Shown: piece by piece, positions 34,277 through 44,125 of the stretch
How the letters are laid out: every line of letters begins with the position of its first letter
How positions within the stretch are numbered: position 1 is the stretch's first letter
Source of the DNA: Candidatus Magasanikiibacteriota bacterium
GTDB lineage: Bacteria; Patescibacteriota; Patescibacteriia; Magasanikbacterales; 2-02-FULL-50-9b
Assembly (NCBI GenBank): GCA_023246755.1
Contig: JAHFHU010000001.1
Location: 6,072-70,071, forward strand
Length of the DNA: 64,000 nucleotides
Reading direction: 5' to 3'
Notes under the pieces: generated by a model
What the model saw: only the letters and a program-made list of their open reading frames with translations
Database searches by the model: none
Told to the model about the DNA's origin: nothing
Program-made: the position numbers and the translations under genes

Positions 34277-35272
34277 TTAGGTTGGAGATGTGTTGTGTTC
34301 CAAAACAAGACGTACAGCCAAAAATTCAGCTGCATAATCTCGCGACTTTGAGCGGACTATGTAATCATCCGTGTCAAAATAACATATGCCGCACAGACCT
34401 TCTACCTCATCACCCTCCACCGCATAATCATCGAACCACGTACAGAGACCGAGAGCCTTGTTGCCAAAATTTTTTCCTGCTCCAGCAAGGCGTGCATATT
34501 CATCCTGTCGAATCAGGCGAAAGTTGTAGTGGGCAGGGTCGAGACCGAGTTTAGTGATGAGTGCGGTGTGCTTAGGGGTTTTTGTTCTATCAGACGGATC
34601 TCCTGTCCACAACGCCTCATCAATTGCGATGCGAGATATATTTACAACTCCGGTTGCAGATTGACCATCTTTTTGTTTCACATCGAGTGCGGTAAGTAAT
34701 GGTGATGTCGTTTGGTCAAAAGCTTCATCATCTATCGATACTTCTTTCCAGTTCTCAATCCACAAAACAGCAGGTTCATCAAAACGAGGAAGAGACACTT
34801 TTTTGTTATCCTTATCAAGGTTGCTGATGACGTTGCCTTCTGCTAGCCGCCTGTGATAGCCATCATGAACGGTGAAGCGACCATTCTGTGTACCATACTG
34901 CAGGGGAATGTTCGGCGCGGCCTTCTTCCATGCAGCACCAAACTGCTGGATTGCAGCAATTGAGTTCCCTGCATCACGCGTCAAAATATCAAGCTTATTA
35001 AAAATTGGTTGGCCATAGATGCGTGCCAGAACCTTTTGCGCCGCGGGGTTACCTTGCACTTCAACACGTTCTAATCCCAATCGTCGTGCCTCAGTTTCGT
35101 TGATCGAACCAAAATTTTCTTTGCTCGCCGTAGAAACGTCTGAAGGAGCTCGTGAAGAAAAGGCGCCCAGCACTTTCGCGAGCAAGCCAGCAGAAAGCGT
35201 GCGACGTGAGCCAGCTTGATTTATGCCGTTTGTTGAATCGGAAACATTTTCAAAATTTGTAGGTTCTCGCAT
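34277..35272 (-). CDS. Hypothetical protein (331 aa), possible C-terminal FGE/C-type-lectin-like fold
   Basis: Long ORF; FRL..QDE...TWF...LAVRLVL pattern only suggestive. Confidence 0.7.
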   Translation of the reverse strand: MREPTNFENVSDSTNGINQAGSRRTLSAGLLAKVLGAFSSRAPSDVSTASKENFGSINETEARRLGLERVEVQGNPAAQKVLARIYGQPIFNKLDILTRDAGNSIAAIQQFGAAWKKAAPNIPLQYGTQNGRFTVHDGYHRRLAEGNVISNLDKDNKKVSLPRFDEPAVLWIENWKEVSIDDEAFDQTTSPLLTALDVKQKDGQSATGVVNISRIAIDEALWTGDPSDRTKTPKHTALITKLGLDPAHYNFRLIRQDEYARLAGAGKNFGNKALGLCTWFDDYAVEGDEVEGLCGICYFDTDDYIVRSKSRDYAAEFLAVRLVLEHNTSPT

Positions 35273-35368
35273 ATTAAAACTTTATTTTTATAATCGTCTA
35301 AGCCGCCTCTAATCTTACCACAAAGCTTGCCGACGTACACGACGACTCGATTAAGAAGAAGCACGCCA

Positions 35369-36850
35369 TCATTCAAGTATCGTCCAATTCCGCGCGTGCG
35401 CAACTTTTCGCAAAGCTTTTTTTGGACAAACCGCAATCGCATTCCCAACCGATTCAAGCATGGGAATGTCGGTCGATGAATCCGCATACGCATAACTCCG
35501 CGATAAATCAATGTCATGCAAACGCGCATAATGCTCAATCCCCATCGCTTTTTCTTCGCCCTGACAGAGTCGCACATATTCGCCCGTGTAAATCGCACCA
35601 TGTGGCGCATGCGTTTTTTTCAATTCGGTGCAAATCACCCCATGAACAGAAAATCGATCCTCGAGATATCGTTTAAACTGGATGGCGAGCGGATGCGTAA
35701 CTTCCGTAACCAGCACTAACCGATGGTCGCGTTCCGCATGATCTTTCATCATGTGCAGCATGATGTCGTTAAAACGATGCGTCGCAACCGTATCAAAAAA
35801 TTTCTGCGCTGATCGCTCAACTTTTTGCACAGAAAACCCTCGAAAAACTGACAATGCCGCGGTTGCAAATTTTTCGTGCGTCACCAGACCTAATAATTCC
35901 AATGATTCCAGAAAAAAAACATTGCAAAAATATCCAAAACTCACGCGGCCCTCAAAAAATAAAAATTTCACCCAATCAATTTGGGAATAACCTTTGTATA
36001 GCGTCCGATCGATATCAATAAAAACACCGACGTGTTTACGTGGATGTTGAATAAATTCCGGAATATAGCGCGTAGGAAGCAAATTAAAAACTGCGTGTGA
36101 AATTTGTTTTTGATACGCAAGCACCGCAGAGCCATACGTGTAATCTGCCGTAACGGCCGGCGGATGCATGAGCGGCCCCACGCAGAGCCGAACCGTACCC
36201 GGACGCATACGAATTTTATCGATAAAAATTCGTTCATGCCCGACCAGCGCCATTACCGCGATTGGAGCACGCGCGCTGATCGAAACGCGAGCAGCGCCCG
36301 TATGGAGATAATGTAATTGATGGATGCGCTCGAGATGGCCCTCGGGAAAAATTAGAATATTAAACCCGCTTTTGAGTCGCTCAACCATCTTTTCAATTGC
36401 CGCGTGCTTGGTGTAGCCCGAGAAATGGATTGCGTCTTCTTCGTTGCGAAGAATGTCGATGACACCCATTTTTCGAAACACTTTGTTAAATGGATACGCA
36501 AACATATCCGCAGGGCCGGTAACGGGAATCATGTTAGGGCCAAACAATGAAAAAAAGGTGAATCCATCCAAAATTGACGGGTGGTTTGAAATAAAAATTG
36601 TGGGCTCAGTGATCGAAGGTACGTCGCCATCGATTATGATTCGAACGCGTGCAATCGCGAGCATCACCGCATTATGTCGTTTGACCGCGCGACGCCATAT
36701 AATTTCTCGCGCGGCAGGCCGAAGCCATGGTTGGAGCGCAATAATTGTCGTAACCGTCCAATAATTCGCGACGGAATATAAAAAAAAGGCGAGCCGCACA
36801 TAAATTCCATACAGCAGCTGAATTGTTTTGTTACTCCACAATGAACGCAT
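35369..36850 (-). CDS. Fusion of PlsC-type acyltransferase and HAD-IB phosphatase
   Basis: SNHPSILD and IFPEG; then FIDIDRTL, G..K, AYADSSTD.PML..VG. Confidence 0.88.
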   Translation of the reverse strand: MRSLWSNKTIQLLYGIYVRLAFFLYSVANYWTVTTIIALQPWLRPAAREIIWRRAVKRHNAVMLAIARVRIIIDGDVPSITEPTIFISNHPSILDGFTFFSLFGPNMIPVTGPADMFAYPFNKVFRKMGVIDILRNEEDAIHFSGYTKHAAIEKMVERLKSGFNILIFPEGHLERIHQLHYLHTGAARVSISARAPIAVMALVGHERIFIDKIRMRPGTVRLCVGPLMHPPAVTADYTYGSAVLAYQKQISHAVFNLLPTRYIPEFIQHPRKHVGVFIDIDRTLYKGYSQIDWVKFLFFEGRVSFGYFCNVFFLESLELLGLVTHEKFATAALSVFRGFSVQKVERSAQKFFDTVATHRFNDIMLHMMKDHAERDHRLVLVTEVTHPLAIQFKRYLEDRFSVHGVICTELKKTHAPHGAIYTGEYVRLCQGEEKAMGIEHYARLHDIDLSRSYAYADSSTDIPMLESVGNAIAVCPKKALRKVAHARNWTILE

Positions 36851-36997
36851 AGACTGATCAAGTATAGGCGAAAACGGGTGTTTTGTAAAAAAAATTTAAT
36901 ATCCACAGACTGTCCACCATTGACAAACTTTTTTTATTGTGGAACCCAGTATAGATAGTTCACGAATGTTCCGTGAACTCCTCCAACGGAGCGCCTC

Positions 36998-37360
36998 ATG
37001 CACACATTGTATTATCGGTTTTTACGATGGCTTCTTTTGTGCGGCCGCAAATTTTCAGCCCGCCCGCTTTGGGACGCGGGCTGTGGTCGCAAAAAATTCA
37101 AAACACTCGTTGAGTACTGCCATGCTATTCCCCGCATGCCAGACGATCTGCCAAACGAAAATCCGCGGCGCATGCGCTCATGCTTAGTGCTCGTCGATTA
37201 CCCTGAAAATGAAGGTGGTCCGTATTGGGTTTGGCTTACGCTTGTCTACAGCAAACTCGGATACGGCTTGTGGTATACCCGCACACCACAACACACGTTT
37301 CGCATCCCGCACACCCACGAAATGGACTGTTTGCGTCTCCGCATGCCAATTTTTGGGTAA
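36998..37360 (+). CDS. Hypothetical protein (120 aa)
   Basis: ORF with GGAG SD, leader hairpin GTTCACG/CGTGAAC, ends at shared terminator. Confidence 0.5.
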   Translation: MHTLYYRFLRWLLLCGRKFSARPLWDAGCGRKKFKTLVEYCHAIPRMPDDLPNENPRRMRSCLVLVDYPENEGGPYWVWLTLVYSKLGYGLWYTRTPQHTFRIPHTHEMDCLRLRMPIFG

Positions 37361-37366
37361 AAAAAT

Positions 37367-37405
37367 ACGTAGGCTGCAGCAGACAACTCTGTCTGCAGCC
37401 TACGT
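37367..37405. terminator. Terminator hairpin between convergent genes
   Basis: Perfect 13-bp arms ACGTAGGCTGCAG / CTGCAGCCTACGT; adjacent A-tract gives a U-tract on the minus strand. Confidence 0.8.
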
Positions 37406-37421
37406 TCCTTGGTTAGAATTC

Positions 37422-39389
37422 TCACCTCACTACACGAAACCCGTGTAGAAGTTCATCCGCTTTTGCTGCCTGTTCTCCTTTGTACACGAGCAACCGCGGG
37501 CGTCGTGCTGTCGTGAGCGTGGTACCGACCGGCAACAATTTCTTCAGGATGTCGAATCGATCCACCCCGGGAATTGCTTTACCCTCGATCACATGGCCAA
37601 ACAGAATTTCAAAAGGCTGACCTTGCAAAACCTGTGCAGCCGCCCATGAAATCAGCACGGATCCCGGTTCAGCTTTTTGTTCATGTCGTTGCGCGTAGTT
37701 CACATTGCAATTCAAGACATCAAGTCGCCCACCCGTTGTTTGAATCACGACGTTTCCACAATGGATACCAATGCGAACCTGAATCCCGTATTTTCCATCC
37801 GGATCAACAGCGTCATTCACGCACTTCTGAAACTCAAGTGCTGCTGAAATTGCCGTATCAACCAGATGTACTTGCACGTCGGGAACGCTCGGATCATCCT
37901 GCTCTTCGAGCGTGGTAAAAAAGTACAAGCCGCCATCGCCCATCGACTTAGGCGTTAACCCCCTGAACTTGAGGCAAAACGTTTGATCAGCAAATTCATG
38001 GAACTTACCGACCAGCGTTGCAACCTCCATGGCCGCGCTCTTTTCGACCTCAAACGGCGATAATGCGGGGTTTTCACCCCGAACTTCTTTCTGCCGCTTA
38101 AGCTCAATCTTAGTGAATGCCATGATGTCCAGAAATACGACGGCCGCGAACTGGAACCGCCGCTCAAATGGCTTTCCCGTGCCATCCGCTGAACGAAGCA
38201 TGCCCCGCAACCACCCCTCGTCCCGAAATCCATGGCCGAGAAGTTCACGGAAACGCAGTGCCATGTAACGCTCGCGTTGTGTCTCGGCTTTCGAGACCGC
38301 AACCGTCGCGCTCAACGCCACCTGACCTTCGACGCGCCGCGTCAAACGATCCCACGCCGTCTGTGCCAAAGTCACGAAGAACGTGGTGGCCGCCAAAATT
38401 AGCGCATGCACGAACTGCAAAATCGTCTTTGACACGTGGTTGTACACGACTTCCATGATAACCGTCCCCAGCTCGTTCGCATCATCGAGCTGAAAAACTG
38501 TTCCTGCATGGACAAGGGGCAACAACTCGCTTGTCCGCGTACAGACACTCGAGATTGTCTTATCGAGCCGGATCGCGTTAACCGTATGTCCGTTCGGCTT
38601 GTAGCGGATTACCGTTCCACACAACTCACCGTTCACGAACAGCCGATCTCCGGCTTGTGGATTCACAACCCACTGGTCATCCTTACTCGCTTCCGCGCCA
38701 CGCAACCAGCGTATAGACTGGTCGTTCCCGAGCCATTTTTTCAAAAAAGCCTCGAGGTTAACCGGAACCGCCTTGAGCGTGACATCGGACACCGGGTCTT
38801 GAAACTCCCAATGTGCTGGAAAAGTCGACGTGACCCCGGGAATAAAATACATGAGCGACAACGCATCATCTTGTGGGGAACGTCGAATGCCGGTCCTCGC
38901 ATCTTCCACATAATGACCGACGAGCGTGATGAGGCCCGGCACACTGCTTTGTGTCCATCGTTTTGAGTCATTCCACAAACGTGTACCCCGTGGAATCGAA
39001 CGCGCACCGAGACGCGGGTCTGTGATGTATTTGAGGCCCAACTTGAGCATCCATTCACCAAAGTCCGTTGACCCGTGCGCGACTTCGACAGCCGCTTGTC
39101 CGAGTGTGCGCAGATGTGACGGGTGCCCGAGCACGGTCACGACCGCGAACTCGATCTGGATGTACCACCCCAAGGGAACAAACCGGTCTGTTGTGAGACT
39201 CAAAGCCCGATTCTCGTCCTTTTCCTGCTCCGCTTGAAGGAGCGCCTGAAGATGTGGGGGGAGTTTCGCGATCACCTGACTGACCGTGCATGACGGAAAA
39301 TACTTGCGCATCCCCCGAACCATGACCGCCCAATTCAGGCTCAAGTTGACGTCGTGCCACGAATCATCATCTTGCAGTTCAGTTGCCAT
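37422..39389 (-). CDS. Class III adenylate/guanylate cyclase domain protein
   Basis: VVFLDIMAFT, KSMGDG, VRIGIHCG, DVL..NVNYAQRHEQKA.PG.VLIS; one probable TM. Confidence 0.85.
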   Translation of the reverse strand: MATELQDDDSWHDVNLSLNWAVMVRGMRKYFPSCTVSQVIAKLPPHLQALLQAEQEKDENRALSLTTDRFVPLGWYIQIEFAVVTVLGHPSHLRTLGQAAVEVAHGSTDFGEWMLKLGLKYITDPRLGARSIPRGTRLWNDSKRWTQSSVPGLITLVGHYVEDARTGIRRSPQDDALSLMYFIPGVTSTFPAHWEFQDPVSDVTLKAVPVNLEAFLKKWLGNDQSIRWLRGAEASKDDQWVVNPQAGDRLFVNGELCGTVIRYKPNGHTVNAIRLDKTISSVCTRTSELLPLVHAGTVFQLDDANELGTVIMEVVYNHVSKTILQFVHALILAATTFFVTLAQTAWDRLTRRVEGQVALSATVAVSKAETQRERYMALRFRELLGHGFRDEGWLRGMLRSADGTGKPFERRFQFAAVVFLDIMAFTKIELKRQKEVRGENPALSPFEVEKSAAMEVATLVGKFHEFADQTFCLKFRGLTPKSMGDGGLYFFTTLEEQDDPSVPDVQVHLVDTAISAALEFQKCVNDAVDPDGKYGIQVRIGIHCGNVVIQTTGGRLDVLNCNVNYAQRHEQKAEPGSVLISWAAAQVLQGQPFEILFGHVIEGKAIPGVDRFDILKKLLPVGTTLTTARRPRLLVYKGEQAAKADELLHGFRVVR

Positions 39390-39446
39390 GAGTACCTCCG
39401 TGCCCTTTATACTGCGCCCCGAAATTGAGACGCAAAAGAGCTTGCT

Positions 39447-39475
39447 ACCTTACATAATTTTCTCAAAACTGTCAA
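39447..39475 (-). promoter_or_regulatory. sigma70-like promoter TTGACA-N17-TAAGGT
   Basis: -35 at 39470-39475, -10 at 39447-39452; leader hairpin 39413-39434; GGAGGT SD. Confidence 0.55.
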
Positions 39476-39530
39476 CTCCATGGCACAGGTGGTATACTGA
39501 CACTCGAAATCCGCTTGCCTCTCATTTTTT

Positions 39531-40631
39531 ATGATCCGAATTCGTCAGTCACACTGGTACACGCTCTGTTTATTTTTTTTCCTCTGTTTTCCGTTTTTAT
39601 CGGCTCATGCAGCCAACATCGGATTTGCGTCGAGCGGCGTATCTTTTGCTACAGACACTCCATTCGCAGGAATTCCCACCAAAGTCTACACCGTTGTGAT
39701 CAACAACCAATACAAAAAAATGACCGCGACGATCTCATTCATCGACAATGGCCAAGAATTTGCACGCATAACAACCGTGATTGATTTCGAGGAAGCGCAG
39801 CAAGTGAGCGCGCCGTGGACACCTACAACAGGACCTCACACAGTCGGCGCTCGTTTTATTTCCGCCGTTGCAACGGACGCGCAAGGAAATACGCGCCAAC
39901 TCAAAACAGCCGAATTAGATGCAATTGCATCGCCTGTCTCACAATCAACAACGATCGACAATGATAGCGACCACGACGGAATCGGAGATCATGAAGAAAT
40001 GGGAACCTACCACACATCGCCGCTCAAATTTGATTCTGACGATGACGGGCTGTCGGATTACGAGGAAATTTTTACGTACAAAACGGATCCTAACAACCCA
40101 AATACCGATGGTGACAGCATGAAAGATGGCGCCGAAATACACGCGGGTCGAAATCCTTTAATTTCAGATGATCCCGCACCCCCGCCTCCACCCGTCTCAG
40201 CTCCGACCGCACCATCTGCTTCTTCCAAATCATTAACGACCGTTGCGCCGACTCAAAAAAGTAGCCCGACGGCTCCATCGTCACCCGTTAAAAAAACGAA
40301 CGCGGCGCAGCCGACACTGACAACTACAGAAACTGGATCGAACACAAAAAAGGTTCAAGCAAAAAAACCAGTCGCCGCTCCAAAAATAATTTCTGCGATT
40401 GCCGACCCGCAAACCGCACCGGCCACAGATTCATCAACGACGCCTGAAACCACGACAAACACGACCACCGATTCAATAGCAGCGCCACCTCGTCAACCAC
40501 GCGCAACCCCGCCCGAAGAAAACCAAACGGGCAATTGGGTCACTGTTTTGGGCGTGCTCGCTGGATTATTTGGAGTCACCGCGGCCGTAACCGGCGGCCT
40601 CGCGTGGCGTGAAAAAAATCGATACTATTAA
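39531..40631 (+). CDS. Surface protein: Ig-like domain, Ca-binding DxDxDG (TSP3-like) repeats, P/T-rich stalk, C-terminal TM anchor
   Basis: Signal peptide; DSDHDG, DSDDDGLSD.EE, TDP...NTDGD; C-terminal hydrophobic helix with basic tail. Confidence 0.8.
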   Translation: MIRIRQSHWYTLCLFFFLCFPFLSAHAANIGFASSGVSFATDTPFAGIPTKVYTVVINNQYKKMTATISFIDNGQEFARITTVIDFEEAQQVSAPWTPTTGPHTVGARFISAVATDAQGNTRQLKTAELDAIASPVSQSTTIDNDSDHDGIGDHEEMGTYHTSPLKFDSDDDGLSDYEEIFTYKTDPNNPNTDGDSMKDGAEIHAGRNPLISDDPAPPPPPVSAPTAPSASSKSLTTVAPTQKSSPTAPSSPVKKTNAAQPTLTTTETGSNTKKVQAKKPVAAPKIISAIADPQTAPATDSSTTPETTTNTTTDSIAAPPRQPRATPPEENQTGNWVTVLGVLAGLFGVTAAVTGGLAWREKNRYY

Positions 40632-40724
40632 TCGGACTTATCAACAATTGACAAAATTCGCTGTCAGGGCTATGATGACTCCATCATAAAGTGCCCCACG
40701 GGGCCTTTTTTAGAACAAAAAAAT

Positions 40725-40922
40725 ATGGCGTCCATCGGAACACAAATCACCGACTATCTCAAGGGGGCGAACGAGGAACTCCGCAAAGTCGTGTGGCCAA
40801 CAAAAGAAGAGACAATTCGCTCAACCATCGCAGTTATCGCAACCAGTTTGATTGTCGCGGCATTTTTCTGGGTACTTGATGCGGTGTTCAATATCGGTTT
40901 GTCGGCAATCATCAAGAAATAA
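40725..40922 (+). CDS. secE: Preprotein translocase SecE
   Basis: ELRKVVWPTK plus TM; upstream of nusG. Confidence 0.93.
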   Translation: MASIGTQITDYLKGANEELRKVVWPTKEETIRSTIAVIATSLIVAAFFWVLDAVFNIGLSAIIKK

Positions 40923-40923
40923 T

Positions 40924-41469
40924 ATGCCAAAACAAACACTTGATCTCGGTCGTCGCTGGTATGTGATCCACACATACTCCGGGTACGAAGACAATGTGGC
41001 GCGTAACCTCAAACACCGCGTCGAAACCATGTCGATACAAGACAAAATTTTTGGTGTGCTTGTTCCAACCGAGAAAAAAATTAAAATTAAAAATGGCAAA
41101 CGCCACACCGTGATTGAAAAAATTTTTCCGGGCTATGTGTTCGTTGAAATGCTCGTGACAGATGATTCGTGGTACGTGGTGCGCAACACGCCAAACGTTA
41201 CTGGTTTTGTTGGCAGCGGAACGACCCCAACGCCCATTGCGGAAACTGAAATGAAGGCGTTGCAAAAACGAATGGGCGTCGAAGAACCAAAATATCAAAT
41301 CGATGTTATCGAAGGATCGGCGGTTAAAATCGTCGACGGACCATTTAAAAACATGGAAGGCAAAGTCGATCATATCGACGAAGCCCGCGGTAAGATCAAA
41401 GTTCTCGTTAACATGTTCGGACGCGAAACGCCGGTCGAACTTGACTTTTTACAGATTAAGAAAGTATAA
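40924..41469 (+). CDS. nusG: Transcription factor NusG
   Basis: [33 protein letters not shown]. Confidence 0.97.
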   Translation: MPKQTLDLGRRWYVIHTYSGYEDNVARNLKHRVETMSIQDKIFGVLVPTEKKIKIKNGKRHTVIEKIFPGYVFVEMLVTDDSWYVVRNTPNVTGFVGSGTTPTPIAETEMKALQKRMGVEEPKYQIDVIEGSAVKIVDGPFKNMEGKVDHIDEARGKIKVLVNMFGRETPVELDFLQIKKV

Positions 41470-41480
41470 TCCTCGGCACT

Positions 41481-41903
41481 ATGGCAAAAAAGATCAAAAC
41501 CATCATCAAACTACAGATTCCGGGCGGAGGAGCAACCCCAGCCCCACCTGTTGGCCCAGCCCTTGGTCAGCACGGTTTGAATATTCAAGAATTCGTAACC
41601 AAATTCAACGCAGCGACCCAAGATCGCCGTGGCGAAACTGCTCCGTGTGAAATCACGGTCTTCGAAGACCGCACCTTCACTTTTGTGCTCAAAACTCCGC
41701 CAGCAACCGATTTGATCAAAAAAGCTGCGGGTATCAAGAGCGGATCAAAGAAAGCCCCGGGCGAAAAAGTGGGTAAAATCACGTGGGCACAAGCTCGCGA
41801 CATCGCAACCCGCAAAATGCCGGACTTAAACACCGCGAATGTAGACGCAGGCGCTCGGATGATCGCCGGATCAGCTCGCCAGATGGGTGTTGACGTAATC
41901 TAA
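41481..41903 (+). CDS. rplK: 50S ribosomal protein L11
   Basis: [25 protein letters not shown]. Confidence 0.98.
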   Translation: MAKKIKTIIKLQIPGGGATPAPPVGPALGQHGLNIQEFVTKFNAATQDRRGETAPCEITVFEDRTFTFVLKTPPATDLIKKAAGIKSGSKKAPGEKVGKITWAQARDIATRKMPDLNTANVDAGARMIAGSARQMGVDVI

Positions 41904-41918
41904 AAATTGCGCTCTCGG

Positions 41919-41945
41919 AACTCCCCCACTCGGGGGAGTTTTGTT
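41919..41945 (+). terminator. Intrinsic terminator after rplK
   Basis: AACTCCCCC-ACTC-GGGGGAGTT then TTGTT. Confidence 0.75.
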
Positions 41946-41958
41946 ATAATAGAAACCT

Positions 41959-42294
41959 ATGCAGACAAAAAATATTATTCGCAACGTTTATCTCTATCTC
42001 GTGAGTGCGATCGCGTTGTTCATGGTCGTGTTCGCGGTCGTGAGCTTAGTCAACCTGGGGCTGCGTACGTGGATTTTTCCAAAGGCTGATGATAACTACT
42101 ATTCCCAACCGAGCAAACCTGTTGCGGAAATGGCCGCACAGATTGAACAAGATCGTCAAAATGCCGAAAATAATAAATTAGCGCAGCGTCAACGCGATCT
42201 CGTACAAAATATCTCGTTTCTCATTGTCGCGGGTCCACTGTTTGCGTTTCACTGGCGCTTAATTCGAAAAGATCACCTAATAAATAACGCATAA
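41959..42294 (+). CDS. Small two-TM protein (DUF5671-like)
   Basis: IR.VYLYLVS.IAL ... LIV..PLF.FHW. Confidence 0.75.
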   Translation: MQTKNIIRNVYLYLVSAIALFMVVFAVVSLVNLGLRTWIFPKADDNYYSQPSKPVAEMAAQIEQDRQNAENNKLAQRQRDLVQNISFLIVAGPLFAFHWRLIRKDHLINNA

Positions 42295-42298
42295 TTTT

Positions 42299-42865
42299 AT
42301 GATGCTCATTATTCTCATCGCCATCGTCGCAATTCTCGCACTGTGGCTCATCGGCACCTACAACGGACTTGTCACGCTCCGCACACGATCCGAAGAAGCA
42401 TGGTCAGACATCGACGTACAATCAAAACGCCGCTACGATTTGATTCCGAATTTAGTCGAAACCGTAAAAGGATATGCGGCGCATGAATCCGGAACACTGG
42501 AAAAAGTGATCGCCGCGCGTAATGCTGCGATGCAAACACACGATTCGTCGAGTGCAAGCATGCAAGATAAATTACAAGCGGAAAACGCACTTTCCGGAAC
42601 GCTCAAAACTATTTTTGCATTGAGTGAAAGCTATCCCGATCTCAAAGCAAACCAAAATTTCATGAAACTCCAAGACGAACTTGCGGACACTGAAAATAAA
42701 ATTCAGGCTTCACGCAGATTCTACAACGGAAATGTGCGCGACCTCAACACAAAAATTCAGCACTTCCCTACAAACCTCATTGCGAATACTTTTGGTTTCA
42801 CCAAACGAGAATTTTTTGAAGTTGCAGACGCAGCGCAGCGCGAAAATGTGAGTGTAAAATTTTAA
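42299..42865 (+). CDS. lemA: LemA family protein
   Basis: AWSDIDVQ.KRRYDLIPNLV, E.YPDLKA, RRFYN, FPTN. Confidence 0.95.
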   Translation: MMLIILIAIVAILALWLIGTYNGLVTLRTRSEEAWSDIDVQSKRRYDLIPNLVETVKGYAAHESGTLEKVIAARNAAMQTHDSSSASMQDKLQAENALSGTLKTIFALSESYPDLKANQNFMKLQDELADTENKIQASRRFYNGNVRDLNTKIQHFPTNLIANTFGFTKREFFEVADAAQRENVSVKF

Positions 42866-42871
42866 TGTCCT

Positions 42872-43774
42872 GTGTATACTCAAATCGACGCAAATAAACG
42901 GCGAACAACTGTTCTCATAACCATTTTTATCGCGCTGATCGTCGCGATGGGTTATGCGTACAGTCTCTACTCGGGAATCGATCCGTTCGTTGCGATGACG
43001 GCTGCGTTGATTTTTTCAACGGTGATGGCGCTTTTTAGTTATTACACAGGCGACAAAATCGCTCTCGCGACCGCAGGCGCGCAAGAGATCACCAAAAAAA
43101 CCAACCTGTATCTTTACAACATCGTTGAAAATTTATGCATCACCGCCGGCATGAAACCAACGCCGCGTGTTTACATCATCGATGATCCGGCGATCAACGC
43201 ATTTGCGACGGGTCGCGACCCCGAACATGCATCAATCGCCGTCACCACCGGCGCATTATCAAAATTAGAAAACGAAGAACTTGAGGGGGTGCTCGCACAC
43301 GAACTCTCACACATTAAAAATTACGACATCCGTCTGATGACGATTGTGATCGTTTTGTGTGGTGCAATCATGCTCATCACACACATGCTTCAATTTGGTG
43401 GTGCGGGCCGCTCACGATCGAATGACGATGAAAAAAGCGGTCTTGGCAGCGTCCTCGCAATTCTTGGAATTGTCGTGATCATCCTCTCGCCGATCATCGC
43501 CGAACTCATCAAGCTCGCAATTTCTCGTCGTCGCGAATTTTTAGCGGATGCCTCTGGCGCGCTCCTCACCCGCTATCCCGAAGGCCTTGCACGCGCCCTT
43601 GAAAAAATTCGCGACACGAATCAACCGATGTCAAGCGCAAATCAAGCAACCGCGCATCTGTACCTCGACAATCCATTTCGTGCTGCGGGTTCAAAAATTT
43701 CAAATCTTTTTTCAACACATCCACCGCTCGACGAGCGCATCAAAGCGTTGCGCAACATGGGTCAAGCAAAATAA
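42872..43774 (+). CDS. htpX: M48 zinc metalloprotease HtpX
   Basis: NAFATG, AHELSH, SRRREFLAD, FSTHP. Confidence 0.94.
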   Translation: MYTQIDANKRRTTVLITIFIALIVAMGYAYSLYSGIDPFVAMTAALIFSTVMALFSYYTGDKIALATAGAQEITKKTNLYLYNIVENLCITAGMKPTPRVYIIDDPAINAFATGRDPEHASIAVTTGALSKLENEELEGVLAHELSHIKNYDIRLMTIVIVLCGAIMLITHMLQFGGAGRSRSNDDEKSGLGSVLAILGIVVIILSPIIAELIKLAISRRREFLADASGALLTRYPEGLARALEKIRDTNQPMSSANQATAHLYLDNPFRAAGSKISNLFSTHPPLDERIKALRNMGQAK

Positions 43775-43851
43775 AAACGCCGAGACCTTGCCTGCGCGTT
43801 GAAACGCAAGCAAAGCCTCGACGATGACGTTCGCCTCAATCTCACTCTGAG

Positions 43852-44049
43852 TTACGTCGTCAAACGAGCGCTGACAAATCCGATCAGAAAGCCGCAGACG
43901 ATGATCACCGCCCACCACCACGATGGCAGTTCTTTTTCAGAATCAATCGAACCCGTTTGACGCATCACCTCCTTCAGTCCAGCAGCGTTGTATGGCCCAA
44001 CCAAAGGCGGTTCACCATATTTTGAGGCATCTCCTTTCTTGCGCGACAT
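43852..44049 (-). CDS. Small C-terminally anchored membrane protein (65 aa)
   Basis: ATG behind GGAGG SD; promoter TTGACG-N17-TACAAT (44096-44124); C-terminal TM. Confidence 0.55.
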   Translation of the reverse strand: MSRKKGDASKYGEPPLVGPYNAAGLKEVMRQTGSIDSEKELPSWWWAVIIVCGFLIGFVSARLTT

Positions 44050-44125
44050 TAAATCCTCCAATCTCCATAGCAAAGTAGGCCATGAAGGGAGAAAAATTGT
44101 ACTATTTTTTGAAATTCTCGTCAAC

